Shown here: in pieces, positions 1 through 9,176 of the stretch
Layout of the letters: the number at the start of each line of letters is the position of its first letter
How positions within the stretch are numbered: position 1 is the first letter of the stretch
Source: Bacteroidaceae bacterium
GTDB lineage: Bacteria; Pseudomonadota; Alphaproteobacteria; RF32; CAG-239
Direction: 5' to 3'
Assembly: GCA_963646605.1 (NCBI GenBank)
Contig: CAVIWQ010000002.1
Coordinates: 1 to 51,480, forward strand
Length of the DNA: 51,480 nt
The notes under the pieces: model-generated
Databases searched by the model: none
What the model was told of the DNA's origin: nothing
The model's input: the letters and a program-made list of their open reading frames with translations, nothing else
Translations under genes and position numbers: made by a program

Positions 1-76
1 CTTGTGTTTATTCGGAAAATGCAATATTCTATTTTATAGACAAAATATTATTATGAACTATTAAAAATGATTAAAT

Positions 77-433
77 ATGAAAAAGACAATGATTTTCGTT
101 CCGGTTGCTGATACTGTTGTTCAACGCCGCGGTACAGTAAATTGGATGACTGCGATTGCTTATAATGAGCAAAACGGGTGGTACGAGTCAGTAATTAATG
201 ACAATGGTGCAGAAGAAGTATGTAAAGTCTTCTTTGTGGGATGTAGCAGCAAAAGAGAAATTCTTCCTATTGTTGAAAAAAATTTCGGATCTGAATTTGC
301 TGAAGCTGTTGCTAATTCCGCTCTGCATCGTCAAGCTTCACAGGAAATGCTTGATGCTTTCCGTGAAAGAAATTGGCATTATATGTCTGTCTTTCTTTCA
401 GAAGTAGTCTATCTGGACTATTTTATTGATTGA
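77..433 (+). CDS. hypothetical protein (118 aa)
   Basis: ATG ORF with no motif I recognise. It sits next to three decayed genes, so it may itself be a remnant. Its 3' end overlaps the AraC-remnant ORF on the other strand. Confidence 0.35.
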   Translation: MKKTMIFVPVADTVVQRRGTVNWMTAIAYNEQNGWYESVINDNGAEEVCKVFFVGCSSKREILPIVEKNFGSEFAEAVANSALHRQASQEMLDAFRERNWHYMSVFLSEVVYLDYFID

Positions 434-675
434 ATATCAGCCATGATAATTGATTTTCGTAATAGAAAGTTAATTGTCATGGCTTTTTTTATGTTCTGAT
501 ATGTTTGCTTAATTAAAAAAATAAAATTTTCTTGTCTGCGTTTTTTCATATTTTTAATATTACAGAGCGGAGGCTGATCGAAACGTTGTTCGTATTTTTT
601 ACTGAATTGTGTAATACTTTCATAACCGACAGCATAAGCTGCTTTTTGCGTGCTAAAATTTTTAGCAGCACTCAC
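418..675 (-). pseudogene. AraC/XylS-family regulator remnant (only the last HTH segment)
   Basis: The translation keeps only AAYAVGYESITQFSKKYEQRFDQPP, the second helix-turn-helix of an AraC domain. The GTG 'start' is preceded one codon upstream by an in-frame TAA. No sensor domain or first HTH is present. The tail of the ORF is probably read-through of non-coding DNA. Confidence 0.5.
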
Positions 676-691
676 GGTTTATGAACTAATA

Positions 692-1314
692 TTACCAATT
701 ATTGATATGGATTCTGTCCTCAATATTGATAACTTTCTGTACCGGTACTTTTGCATCTTTGGCAGGATAGCCTAAAGCAATGTAGCATGGCATTGCATAG
801 TCATCAGGGTGGTGATTGCCTTTTTTATGTGTTCCAATTTCTCTGTCATCGGAATACGAGTAACGCCGAAAACACCCTCAGCAGCTGCTGCTAACAGGAT
901 ATTCTCAATGCAAAGCCGAATAGATGCAAATTCATTTAAGGAGCTCAAACAAGTCGGCTGCAACAAGGGTTCTCTCAGTTTGAAAAATGGCAAAATTAAA
1001 CAACCGGAATTATATAACATGGAAAACTGTTTAGGCATGGCAATATGATACATACCGCGTTGGTCGGCATCCGTCATTCCGAAACCATCTAACATTTTGT
1101 CACAGTCTTCTGGATTTGTCATATCTTCCAGATTAAGCACGTGTGAACGTTCTTTTTTATCGTTGATAATCACAAACTCCCATTGGCGCAGGTGATTGTT
1201 TGTTGGTGCTTTCAAACCTGATGAAAGAATTTTTTTAATAACTTCCATGTCAACAGGTTTATCTTCAAAATTGCAAATTGTTCTGCGTTTTTCAATTGCT
1301 TCTTAAAGTTCCAT
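692..1314 (-). pseudogene. nitroreductase-family oxidoreductase, disrupted by a nonsense codon and a frameshift
   Basis: Reading upstream of the listed ORF (772..1248) in the same frame gives M-E-L-TAA-EAIEKRRTICNFEDKPVD-MEVIKKIL, a typical nitroreductase N-terminus with an in-frame TAA at 1303..1305. At the 3' end the family-typical tail HPDDYAMPCYIALGYPAKDAKVPVQKVINIEDRIHINNW is in a different frame. The shift lies around the A-run at ~822..830. Confidence 0.75.
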
Positions 1315-1339
1315 TTTAATATCCCACTATTTAAGTTCA

Positions 1340-1761
1340 TCAAATTCGAAATAATGTTGTTAGCCGTACGAGTTCAGCAATATCTTCTGATTCAGCCAGT
1401 TCTGCCATCGCGTCTACTTCTGCTTTTGCCGCGGGCGGAATAATATTTTCTGCATATCCATAACCTTTATCGGTAAAATGGATAATCTTATTGCGTCGGT
1501 CTGTTTCTGATTCTGAAAGGGAAATATAGCCTAATTTCAAAAATTTTTTGATAATCGCGCTAATCGTTTGCTTTGTTGCTGACATTCGTTCACAAATATA
1601 AGATTGTAAACAGCCTTCAGGAGCAAACTAAATAATATCCAAAACAAACATTCGTTTGTTGTCAGATTGTGTTTCCTCGCCCATTGCGTATAGGCGGCAT
1701 ATTGCACATCTCTCAAATGACAATATTGGTTGTCATTTGCTCTGACATCTTCTCTTTTCAT
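1340..1761 (-). pseudogene. MarR-family transcriptional regulator, frameshifted
   Basis: Two overlapping ORFs (1537..1761 and 1340..1585) carry the N-terminal half (YTQWARKHNLTTNECLFWILF) and the wHTH half (PEGCLQSYICERMSATKQTISAIIKKFLKLGYISLSESETDRRNKIIHFTDKG) of one MarR protein in different frames. The junction is near 1620..1640. Confidence 0.7.
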
Positions 1762-1834
1762 ATTAGTTCAACTTGGTAAAATGTTTGATTGTCTAATATT
1801 TGACTATATAGGATTATCTTTCTAATTTGTTAAG

Positions 1835-1875
1835 TAAAAAAATAAGCTCTACCGTAAGGGTAGAGCTTATTTTTT
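1835..1875. terminator. bidirectional rho-independent terminator hairpin
   Basis: AAAAAATAAGCTCTACC-GTAA-GGGTAGAGCTTATTTTTT: a perfect stem flanked by A-run and T-run, directly downstream of tRNA-Glu. Confidence 0.6.
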
Positions 1876-1877
1876 AT

Positions 1878-1953
1878 TGGTGATCCCAGCGAGACTCGAA
1901 CTCGCGTTACCGCCGTGAGAGGGCGATGTCCTAGGCCACTAGACGATGGGACC
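1878..1953 (-). tRNA. tRNA-Glu (anticodon CUC)
   Basis: The reverse complement GGTCCCATCGTCTAGTGGCCTAGGACATCGCCCTCTCACGGCGGTAACGCGAGTTCGAGTCTCGCTGGGATCACCA folds as a cloverleaf. It has a 7-bp acceptor stem, anticodon loop CT-CTC-AC, T-loop GTTCGAG and an encoded CCA. It is near-collinear with bacterial tRNA-Glu. Confidence 0.9.
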
Positions 1954-2032
1954 AAAATTAAACCTTTTTTAATCTAAAAAAATGTATATGGCAAGTGTTT
2001 TTTTAATGTAGTCAGCACTTGTAGCATTGATT

Positions 2033-2629
2033 TTATCCAATAGACAAAACAAAGCCGTTGTCGGTATTCAATTCTAAAGTTCCTCCCATTTCCCGCAGGC
2101 AGAACAAGGGGGCATATTGAGGCAGGCCTTCCGGTAATTCTCCATTAAGCACACTTTTAATTCCTTCGATTTTGGTTTGTGATAACGGAAAACTGCTTTC
2201 GGCACAAGCTGTAATTTTTTTGCTGTCAGCCTGAATGGTTACCATTCCGCCTTTAATAATAACATCGGCTGCAACCATTACTGCAAGCATTAAAGCGCGA
2301 TTTAATGCGGCTTGATTAGCAATGGGATTCATTTTTAATTCAACAGGATGGTTTGGATTGAGCGTTTTTATATAATCAATACAAGTTTTTTGCACTATTT
2401 CGGGTTGTTCTAAATTGGCGTTTGTCAGTCCAAAGGTCATGCGGAAAAATTTCATTCTTGCATTAAGAACAGAAGAACTGTTTTTTAGCATTGATTGTAT
2501 TTCAGGCATAAAATCTTCATCACCGTCTTCCAATAATTCGACAGCATTGGCAAATGCACCGATATTGCCGATTAAATCATGACTGATACGGGTGCATACA
2601 AGTTCGGTAATGTTTATTTGCTTTTTCAT
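2033..2629 (-). CDS. chpT: histidine phosphotransferase ChpT
   Basis: ELVCTRISHDLIGNIGAFANAVELLEDG matches the ChpT H-box signature (RIxHDLIxPxGAIxNxVELL). It is ~200 aa and cytoplasmic. ChpT is the alphaproteobacterial CckA-ChpT-CtrA relay component. Confidence 0.8.
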   Translation of the reverse strand: MKKQINITELVCTRISHDLIGNIGAFANAVELLEDGDEDFMPEIQSMLKNSSSVLNARMKFFRMTFGLTNANLEQPEIVQKTCIDYIKTLNPNHPVELKMNPIANQAALNRALMLAVMVAADVIIKGGMVTIQADSKKITACAESSFPLSQTKIEGIKSVLNGELPEGLPQYAPLFCLREMGGTLELNTDNGFVLSIG

Positions 2630-2631
2630 GG

Positions 2632-3717
2632 TTAAAAATTATACAATCCTGTGTTCATAAATTTAGCATCTTCACGCGACATGCGGGTATAATCAAGTTC
2701 ACGCAGCATCGGATCTTCCAATAGCAATTTTCCGGTGGCTGCTTTCATATAAGGTTTATTGCCGCCCAATCCCCACAAAACTTCTGTTTTATTATCGGGG
2801 GTTCCGTATTTTTGGTTTATTCTCCGCCAAAATTCAAACGTTTTGATATTGCGCAGATATTGAATTTTTTGTCCGCTTCCGCGGTTGATATTTGTAATGC
2901 CTGTTGTGTAGGTTATTTTATAAACCTTATTGTTTGTAAAATTGCTTGTCAGCCAGATATTAATTTCTTCCTGACTGTCATATTTAACAAATTTTGAACT
3001 TTCAACATATTGATGATTTGTTTCTTTTGCGGCTTTAACTACACAGTTGTTCAAGCGTTCATAACCGATAACGCCGGAGTTTCGGCATTGTTCTTCATAA
3101 CGCCATCTGATGAAGTTTGGAATTTCGTATTTGCGTGCCACCATTTTGTAACCGCGTTTCAATATGGCAGATTCCGCTTGATTTAGTGTCATACGCAGCA
3201 TAACGCCGGAAATATCAAACACGGAAGCATTGGAACGGCCGTTCTGTCCGCTGCTGCGTGTTAAATTTTCCAAGCTGTTGCTGCCGTCATCTTTGGATTT
3301 TGCTTTTGAATCATCGGCAGAAGCAGATTGGCTGATTGTTTCTCCAAGTTTTTCAACCCAAGTATCTTTTAAGACGGAATCTTTTTTATCTTCTATTTCT
3401 TCTCCAACTTCTTTAATTTCCTGAGTTAAAGATTTTTCATTCTTTTTATTCTTTTTCGGGGGTACTCCGACTTTAGGTAAAGAAGCTTCTTCCTGTGCGG
3501 CTTGGGGGATGTTTTTGGAAGCGGCTTTTTGTTGTTGAGCTGCTTGAGCATTATCCTTTTTTTCGGAGCTTATATGCGGGATAAGCGGGTTGTTTTTCGG
3601 CGAAGCCGTGATTTTTTTCGCCGGTCCGAAAAGCATATTGTCAATATCGCCGGAAGCATAAGCTGAGCCGATAAAAAATGATGAAATAACAGTGAAGTAT
3701 AATAAAAGCTTTTTCAT
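2632..3717 (-). CDS. exported hypothetical protein (361 aa)
   Basis: Signal peptide MKKLLLYFTVISSFFIGSAYASG, a Lys/Glu/Gln/Ala-rich low-complexity middle, and a globular C-terminal ~190 aa ending ...GLYNF. Its stop lies 2 nt before the chpT start. Confidence 0.6.
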   Translation of the reverse strand: MKKLLLYFTVISSFFIGSAYASGDIDNMLFGPAKKITASPKNNPLIPHISSEKKDNAQAAQQQKAASKNIPQAAQEEASLPKVGVPPKKNKKNEKSLTQEIKEVGEEIEDKKDSVLKDTWVEKLGETISQSASADDSKAKSKDDGSNSLENLTRSSGQNGRSNASVFDISGVMLRMTLNQAESAILKRGYKMVARKYEIPNFIRWRYEEQCRNSGVIGYERLNNCVVKAAKETNHQYVESSKFVKYDSQEEINIWLTSNFTNNKVYKITYTTGITNINRGSGQKIQYLRNIKTFEFWRRINQKYGTPDNKTEVLWGLGGNKPYMKAATGKLLLEDPMLRELDYTRMSREDAKFMNTGLYNF

Positions 3718-3840
3718 TTTTCCGCATACGTCATTTAATTTTTAGGTATGATATATTTTTTTTTGTAAAATAGCAAATAATATTTACATTCGGCAACATA
3801 CCGTTTATAGATATAACATACAAAAACAGGTAGGAAAAAT

Positions 3841-5208
3841 ATGGAAAAAGCAAAAGTGCATGTTATCGGAGCGGGGCTTGCCGGCAGTGAAGCTGCGTGG
3901 CAATTGGCTGTCCGCGGTGTTAAAACAATTGTTCATGAAATGAAGCCTGAAAAATATTCAGCTGCACACAAAAATGCAAATTGTGCGGAGTTGGTTTGCT
4001 CAAACTCATTGCGTTCAGATGATGCCGAACATAATGCTGTCGGACTTATGCATCAAGAAATGCGCTTGGCTGGTTCATTGATTATGGAAGCCGCAGATGT
4101 TTGCAAAGTTCCGGCAGGCGGCGCTTTGGCTGTTGATCGTGAAGCTTTTGCCGCCTATATTACCGAAAAACTGAAAAATCATCCGAATATTGAATTCAGT
4201 AGTGAAGAAATAGAAGAACTTCCCGATGAAAGCTACGGGCGCGTTATTGTGGCAACAGGACCTTTGACCAGTGATAAATTAGCCGCGTCGATTATGCAGG
4301 AAATCGGCCATCAGGCTTTGTCTTTTTATGACGCTATTGCACCGGTTGTTTATAAAGAGAGTATTAATATGGATGTTGCTTGGTATCAATCCCGTTATGA
4401 TAAGGGCGACAGCCGTGATTATATTAATTGTCCGCTTAACGAGGAGCAATATTATACTTTTGTCGAAAGACTTTTAAATGCCGAAAAAGTCGAATTTCAC
4501 GATTTTGAAAAACCAAATTATTTTGATGGCTGTCTGCCGGTGGAAGTTATGGCAGAAAGAGGTCGCGACACGCTGCTTTTCGGTCCGATGAAACCCGTAG
4601 GGCTGACCAATCCTCATACCGGACAGCATGCTTTTGCCGTTGTTCAGCTTCGGCAGGATAATTTTGCTGATACGCTGCGTAATATGGTTGGTTTTCAAAC
4701 GAAAATGAAATATGGAGCGCAGCAGGAAATTTTCAGAACAATTCCGGGGTTGGAACAGGCTGAATTTGCACGTTTGGGCGGTATTCATAAGAACACGTTT
4801 ATAAAAAGTCCGATATTATTGGATAAATTTTTACATCTGAAAAGCAGACCTAATATAAGTTTTGCCGGTCAGATAACAGGATGTGAAGGATATGTCGAAA
4901 GCGCTTCGGTCGGTTTGCTTGCCGGCTATTTTGCTGCAGAGGAAATGAATGGCAGACAGCCCCTTTTGCCGCCTGAAACCACCGCTTTCGGGGCAATGCT
5001 CAAGCATTTGAATGATGATACTAATATAGAGCAATATCAACCGATGAATATTAATTTCGGTATTTTCCCAGATATCAGAGGAGAGATAACTTCTAACGGA
5101 AAATTCCGTAAAATTAAAGGGCTTGAGCGAAAAAGTGCATACTGTAAACGAGCTCTCGCTGATGTTGTTCCTTGGGTTGAGGTTATGAAAAAAAGCTGTT
5201 GCTTTTAG
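3841..5208 (+). CDS. trmFO: methylenetetrahydrofolate--tRNA-(uracil-5-)-methyltransferase TrmFO
   Basis: FAD fold [18 protein letters not shown], plus CSNSLR and [13 protein letters not shown] segments. The 455-aa length and collinearity fit TrmFO/Gid. Confidence 0.92.
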   Translation: MEKAKVHVIGAGLAGSEAAWQLAVRGVKTIVHEMKPEKYSAAHKNANCAELVCSNSLRSDDAEHNAVGLMHQEMRLAGSLIMEAADVCKVPAGGALAVDREAFAAYITEKLKNHPNIEFSSEEIEELPDESYGRVIVATGPLTSDKLAASIMQEIGHQALSFYDAIAPVVYKESINMDVAWYQSRYDKGDSRDYINCPLNEEQYYTFVERLLNAEKVEFHDFEKPNYFDGCLPVEVMAERGRDTLLFGPMKPVGLTNPHTGQHAFAVVQLRQDNFADTLRNMVGFQTKMKYGAQQEIFRTIPGLEQAEFARLGGIHKNTFIKSPILLDKFLHLKSRPNISFAGQITGCEGYVESASVGLLAGYFAAEEMNGRQPLLPPETTAFGAMLKHLNDDTNIEQYQPMNINFGIFPDIRGEITSNGKFRKIKGLERKSAYCKRALADVVPWVEVMKKSCCF

Positions 5209-5241
5209 TCAAATTTTGACATAAATTAACCCCATATTTTA

Positions 5242-6090
5242 ATGGGATACATAATGAACAATATTCATAAAACATTTCGAAATAAAACAGGCACCACCTT
5301 GTTTTTGGGAATAGGGCTGCTGCCAAAAGCAAAGCGCGAGGCTCTTTATACTTTGTTTGCTTGGGCTAAACATCTTGAAGAAGTGGTAGAAAGCCCGCTT
5401 TCGGATAATGAAAAAAAAGAAATTATGGACGGCTGGCACCGTGAACTGGATAATATTTTTGAAAAAAAAGTTCCGGCTACGGAAATAGGGCGCAGAATAT
5501 ATAAAAACTGTTTGCGTTTTAAATTGCCAAAAAGCGAATTTATTCAAATGCTTGACAGTATTTCTGAAAACGTACACAGCCCTTTGCAGGCTCCGACAAT
5601 AAAACAGCTGACCGGTTATTGCCGCGGTGTGGGCGGTATGGCAGGAAGTTTGTCATTAAGGGTATTCGGCTGCAAAGATGAAAATATGATAAATGCTTTG
5701 TCTACCTCGATGGGAACAGCTCTGCAAATGACGAATATATTACGCAATATTAAAGAAGATGCCAACAATAACCGCCTTTATATTCCTCAAGAACTTTTAG
5801 AAAAAGCTCATATTGCCTCGACTGATCCCAAGACAGTTTTGGTGGACAAAAATTTAGCGGTAGCCCGTCAGGAATTGGGAAAAATTGCAGCAGAGAATTA
5901 TCAAAAAGCTTATAAACTGATTGGCGAGTTAGATAAATCTACCGGAAAACCTTTGTTATTGATATTGGATATTTATAAAAAATATTTTGATATTATGGAA
6001 AAAAGGGGATGGGAGATTATTTCTCCCAAGCCCGAAATCGGAAAGTTTCGTAAACTGCAGGTTTTGGCTAAAGTTCTACTCGCTTCCTAG
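5242..6090 (+). CDS. squalene/phytoene synthase family protein (divergent)
   Basis: 282 aa with the family layout. FAWAKHLEEVVE sits where the first Asp-rich motif normally lies, and NILRNIKEDANNNRLYIPQE sits at the second motif. Confidence 0.7.
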   Translation: MGYIMNNIHKTFRNKTGTTLFLGIGLLPKAKREALYTLFAWAKHLEEVVESPLSDNEKKEIMDGWHRELDNIFEKKVPATEIGRRIYKNCLRFKLPKSEFIQMLDSISENVHSPLQAPTIKQLTGYCRGVGGMAGSLSLRVFGCKDENMINALSTSMGTALQMTNILRNIKEDANNNRLYIPQELLEKAHIASTDPKTVLVDKNLAVARQELGKIAAENYQKAYKLIGELDKSTGKPLLLILDIYKKYFDIMEKRGWEIISPKPEIGKFRKLQVLAKVLLAS

Positions 6091-6735
6091 TTTGGCCAGT
6101 TCGGCGACTAATTGTCCTATGCCTTTGTCTATTTCTTTAATTGATTTTGCCAACATATAGGCAGGGGTACTGACAATCAGATTTTTGTAATCAACGACCG
6201 CTTCGTCTGCAGAACATATCTGGTGTTTTGCGCCGGTTTGTTCAATCGTTTTTGCAATATTTTCATCATTCCCGATTGTTACTGTAATGCCATTATGTCC
6301 TAAAACACAAGCAATTAACGCCGGAGCAATACAAATGGCGCCTATGGGCATACGGCTTTCATAACAATCAGTGATTATTTGCGCTATTTCAGGCAAAACT
6401 TTGCATTTTGTTCCAGAATCTGAAAAATTACACAGATTTGTAACGGCTCCGCTGCCTCCGGGGAAAATTACCGCATCAAAATCAATTGTATTAAAATCGC
6501 GTAAATCTTTAATATTACCTCGGGCAATGCGTGAGGCTTCAACCAGAATATTACGTTCGGCATTTTGTTCAATCTGATGAGTAAAGTGGTTCATAACTTT
6601 GCTTTGCGGATGGTTAGGGGCAAAACATTGATAATCAATACCTTGTTTGTCAAGGTTAAGCAGGGTGCATACGGCTTCGTGAATTTCACTGCCGTCAAAA
6701 ACACCGCATCCTGACAGAATAACAGCTACTTTCAT
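6076..6735 (-). CDS. elbB: isoprenoid biosynthesis glyoxalase ElbB (DJ-1/PfpI fold)
   Basis: MKVAVILSGCGVFDGSEIHEAV, FPGGSGAVTNLCNF, ICIAPAL and TPAYMLA are collinear with E. coli ElbB. There is a 15-nt convergent overlap with the preceding gene. Confidence 0.85.
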   Translation of the reverse strand: MKVAVILSGCGVFDGSEIHEAVCTLLNLDKQGIDYQCFAPNHPQSKVMNHFTHQIEQNAERNILVEASRIARGNIKDLRDFNTIDFDAVIFPGGSGAVTNLCNFSDSGTKCKVLPEIAQIITDCYESRMPIGAICIAPALIACVLGHNGITVTIGNDENIAKTIEQTGAKHQICSADEAVVDYKNLIVSTPAYMLAKSIKEIDKGIGQLVAELAKLGSE

Positions 6736-6864
6736 TTTTTATCTCCTCAAAAATAATATAAAATGCAAGTTACAAAGTTTCAATAAAAAATAAATTGACT
6801 TTTAGACAAAAAAAGCTAACCTAAAATAAATATCACATTATTGTCTAATTTATTATTACCGCGT

Positions 6865-7152
6865 ATGAATGTAAAAAAAGTAATGCAGGCTTTACAAGCT
6901 TTTCATCCCAGATTGTTTATGGGGTCTGAGCGCTTTAAGGTTTGCACGGCCGTAGCTGATTATCAATCTGTTTATGAGCCTGAGGGGATTTATGTTTTAA
7001 ATTCTCTTGAAACAAAAGGATGTCACTGCGCTCCCACAATTGTGACCTGCAATGAATTTTTGGGTTGTTTGCCTCCGACGGCAATCAATGTTATTTTGGT
7101 CGAAATTTTCGATTTGGAAGAAGTTGCCGGTCAAATTGAGAGAATGTTCTGA
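6865..7152 (+). CDS. hypothetical protein (95 aa from ATG 6865)
   Basis: ORF followed by a terminator hairpin. No recognisable motif and no clear RBS, so it is kept at low confidence. Confidence 0.3.
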   Translation: MNVKKVMQALQAFHPRLFMGSERFKVCTAVADYQSVYEPEGIYVLNSLETKGCHCAPTIVTCNEFLGCLPPTAINVILVEIFDLEEVAGQIERMF

Positions 7153-7163
7153 TTGTTTGATTG

Positions 7164-7197
7164 AAAAGTGCCTGACAAAATGTTTGGCACTTTTTTT
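7164..7197 (+). terminator. rho-independent terminator
   Basis: AAAAGTGCC-N13-GGCACTTTTTTT hairpin plus T-run. Confidence 0.5.
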
Positions 7198-7238
7198 ATT
7201 TGTGATATAACTTTTATTAATTAAGGCGAATAAGATCC

Positions 7239-9128
7239 GTGAATAAAGTATTTGAAATATTAAAATCTGAACATAACCGCTGTTTTTTGTGGACACCGGT
7301 GCTGTTTGGTTTGGGGATAGGAATTTATTTTTCGTTACCTTGTGAGCCTTCAAAATGGTTAACGCTTGGTTTAATAGAATTTTTGCTGCTGACGGCATAT
7401 ATTTTTCGTTTTTATCCGTCAGTTTTACGTTTTATTTTTCTGTCAGCGATAGTCGTGGCGGGATTTGCCGATATTCAATTACGCACTTTGTCTTTGGAAA
7501 AAGATTTGCCTCATCCTATGGAAGGAAAGCAATATATAAGAGGACAGATTGTTGCAGCTGACACAAATTATCGCGGGTGGCCGCGCATTGTTTTGGGAAA
7601 TATGGAAAATCTCAGAGGCGACAAAATAAAAGGCCGATACAGAATAACGGTTCTTCGGAAAAATCAGATTGTTGAAGAAGGGTTGTGTGTGGAATTGGTT
7701 GCTGAAATATCCAAACCGATGACGGCAAATTTGCCTAATGGGTATCAGCCCGATAGAAAATTGTTTTTTGACGGGATTAACGGCAGCGGCTATACGCTAA
7801 GCGGGGTGTTTGAAATAGAGTGCCAAAATCAGTTAGGCTTTTGGAAAAGAAAAATTAATTCATGGCGGCGCAAAACAGTGTCTTTGATTTTCAAACAATT
7901 ACCGGCAGATCAAGCTGCAATTGCGGCGGCAATAGTTACCGGTGACCGAAATTTTATGACAATGGAACAAATAGAAAATTATCGAGATTCAGGATTGGCG
8001 CATTTTCTTTCTATTTCAGGATTGCATATGACTATGATTGCCGGTCTGATGTTCTTTTTTGTGCGTTTGTTTATGGCATTTATTCCGGCTTTGGCGTTGC
8101 GTTATAATTCTAAAAAAGCGGCAGCTGTTTTGGCTATGTTCATCAGTTTGGTTTATTTGGTTGTTTCCGGTGCTGCTGTTCCAACGCAGCGCGCATTTGT
8201 TATGACTTTTATAGTATTGCTGGCAGTTTTGTTTGAGCGGCAGGCAATTTCAATGCGGGTGCTGGCTTTATCGGCGTGGATAATTTTGGTTATTTCGCCG
8301 CAGGTTTTGGTTAGTATAAGTTTTCAGCTTTCCTTTGCGGCAGTTACGGCCTTAGTGGCTTTTTATGAGAAATGCGGTAAAAAAGTTGAAAGATTTTTGG
8401 CTGGCAACAACAGTTCTTTTGCTTTGAAATTTTGCCGCGGGATATTTGCTTATTTGGTTGGAATAATCATAGCTGATTTGGTTGCAAGTCTGGCCACGCT
8501 TCCTTTTGCTGTTTATCATTTTAACCGCATAGCTCTTTATACCAGCATAACCAATTTAATTGCCGGACCGATTATCGGGTTTATTATAATGCCGGCGGTT
8601 TTGTTAGCTTTGTTGACGCTTCCTTTTGGGGTATCCGGTTTGGCATTTAAAATTGCAGGACTTGGAATTGGCTGGGTTAATGCTTTAACGGCATGGGTGT
8701 CTTCATTGTCTTCCGCCGCAGTTGAAGTTTATTCTTTCCCAACATGGGGATTGCTGTTGATATTGTTTGGCGGTTTATGGCTCTGTTTGTGGCAAATGAA
8801 ATGGCGTCATTTCGGATGGATTTTTATTTTTATAGGAAGTTTTAGTTTGCTTACGGTAAAAATTCCAGATTTGATTGTTGCAGACAACGGGAAAACGCTG
8901 GCAATGAAAAATTCGTATGGAAAATTGCAGACATTGTCAGACGGCAATAGTTGGATGAAACAAAATTGGCTGTCAAAATATGCTTCAACAAATGCACCAA
9001 AAGATGAAAAATTAAATCCACGGCAGTTTCAAGAAATTAATTTTGAGCAAGATATTGGTGCGGTGGTGATAAAAAATAAAATAATAACAATTCGTCAGAG
9101 TATCGGCTATCGGCCTTGGAACTCTTGA
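7239..9128 (+). CDS. comEC: ComEC/Rec2 family DNA-uptake channel protein
   Basis: Polytopic membrane protein with the competence-domain signature IVTGDRNFMT...YRDSGLAHFLSISGLHMTMIAG. GTG start. No HxHxDH metallo-beta-lactamase motif in the short C-terminal tail. Confidence 0.8.
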   Translation: MNKVFEILKSEHNRCFLWTPVLFGLGIGIYFSLPCEPSKWLTLGLIEFLLLTAYIFRFYPSVLRFIFLSAIVVAGFADIQLRTLSLEKDLPHPMEGKQYIRGQIVAADTNYRGWPRIVLGNMENLRGDKIKGRYRITVLRKNQIVEEGLCVELVAEISKPMTANLPNGYQPDRKLFFDGINGSGYTLSGVFEIECQNQLGFWKRKINSWRRKTVSLIFKQLPADQAAIAAAIVTGDRNFMTMEQIENYRDSGLAHFLSISGLHMTMIAGLMFFFVRLFMAFIPALALRYNSKKAAAVLAMFISLVYLVVSGAAVPTQRAFVMTFIVLLAVLFERQAISMRVLALSAWIILVISPQVLVSISFQLSFAAVTALVAFYEKCGKKVERFLAGNNSSFALKFCRGIFAYLVGIIIADLVASLATLPFAVYHFNRIALYTSITNLIAGPIIGFIIMPAVLLALLTLPFGVSGLAFKIAGLGIGWVNALTAWVSSLSSAAVEVYSFPTWGLLLILFGGLWLCLWQMKWRHFGWIFIFIGSFSLLTVKIPDLIVADNGKTLAMKNSYGKLQTLSDGNSWMKQNWLSKYASTNAPKDEKLNPRQFQEINFEQDIGAVVIKNKIITIRQSIGYRPWNS

Positions 9129-9134
9129 TAAGCT

Positions 9135-9163
9135 AGAAGGAGCAAATTTTGTCTTGCTCCTTC
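9135..9163. terminator. bidirectional terminator between convergent comEC and prfC
   Basis: AGAAGGAGCAA-N7-TTGCTCCTTCT, a perfect 11-bp stem. Confidence 0.5.
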
Positions 9164-9176
9164 TAACTTAAAATTA

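Noticed and set aside
5239-5577. 112-aa minus-strand ORF antisense to the squalene/phytoene-synthase-like gene.
   Set aside because: Phe/Lys-rich antisense translation with no independent support.
6997-7398. 133-aa minus-strand ORF spanning the comEC start region.
   Set aside because: It crosses a terminator hairpin and the comEC 5' end, and has no motif or RBS.
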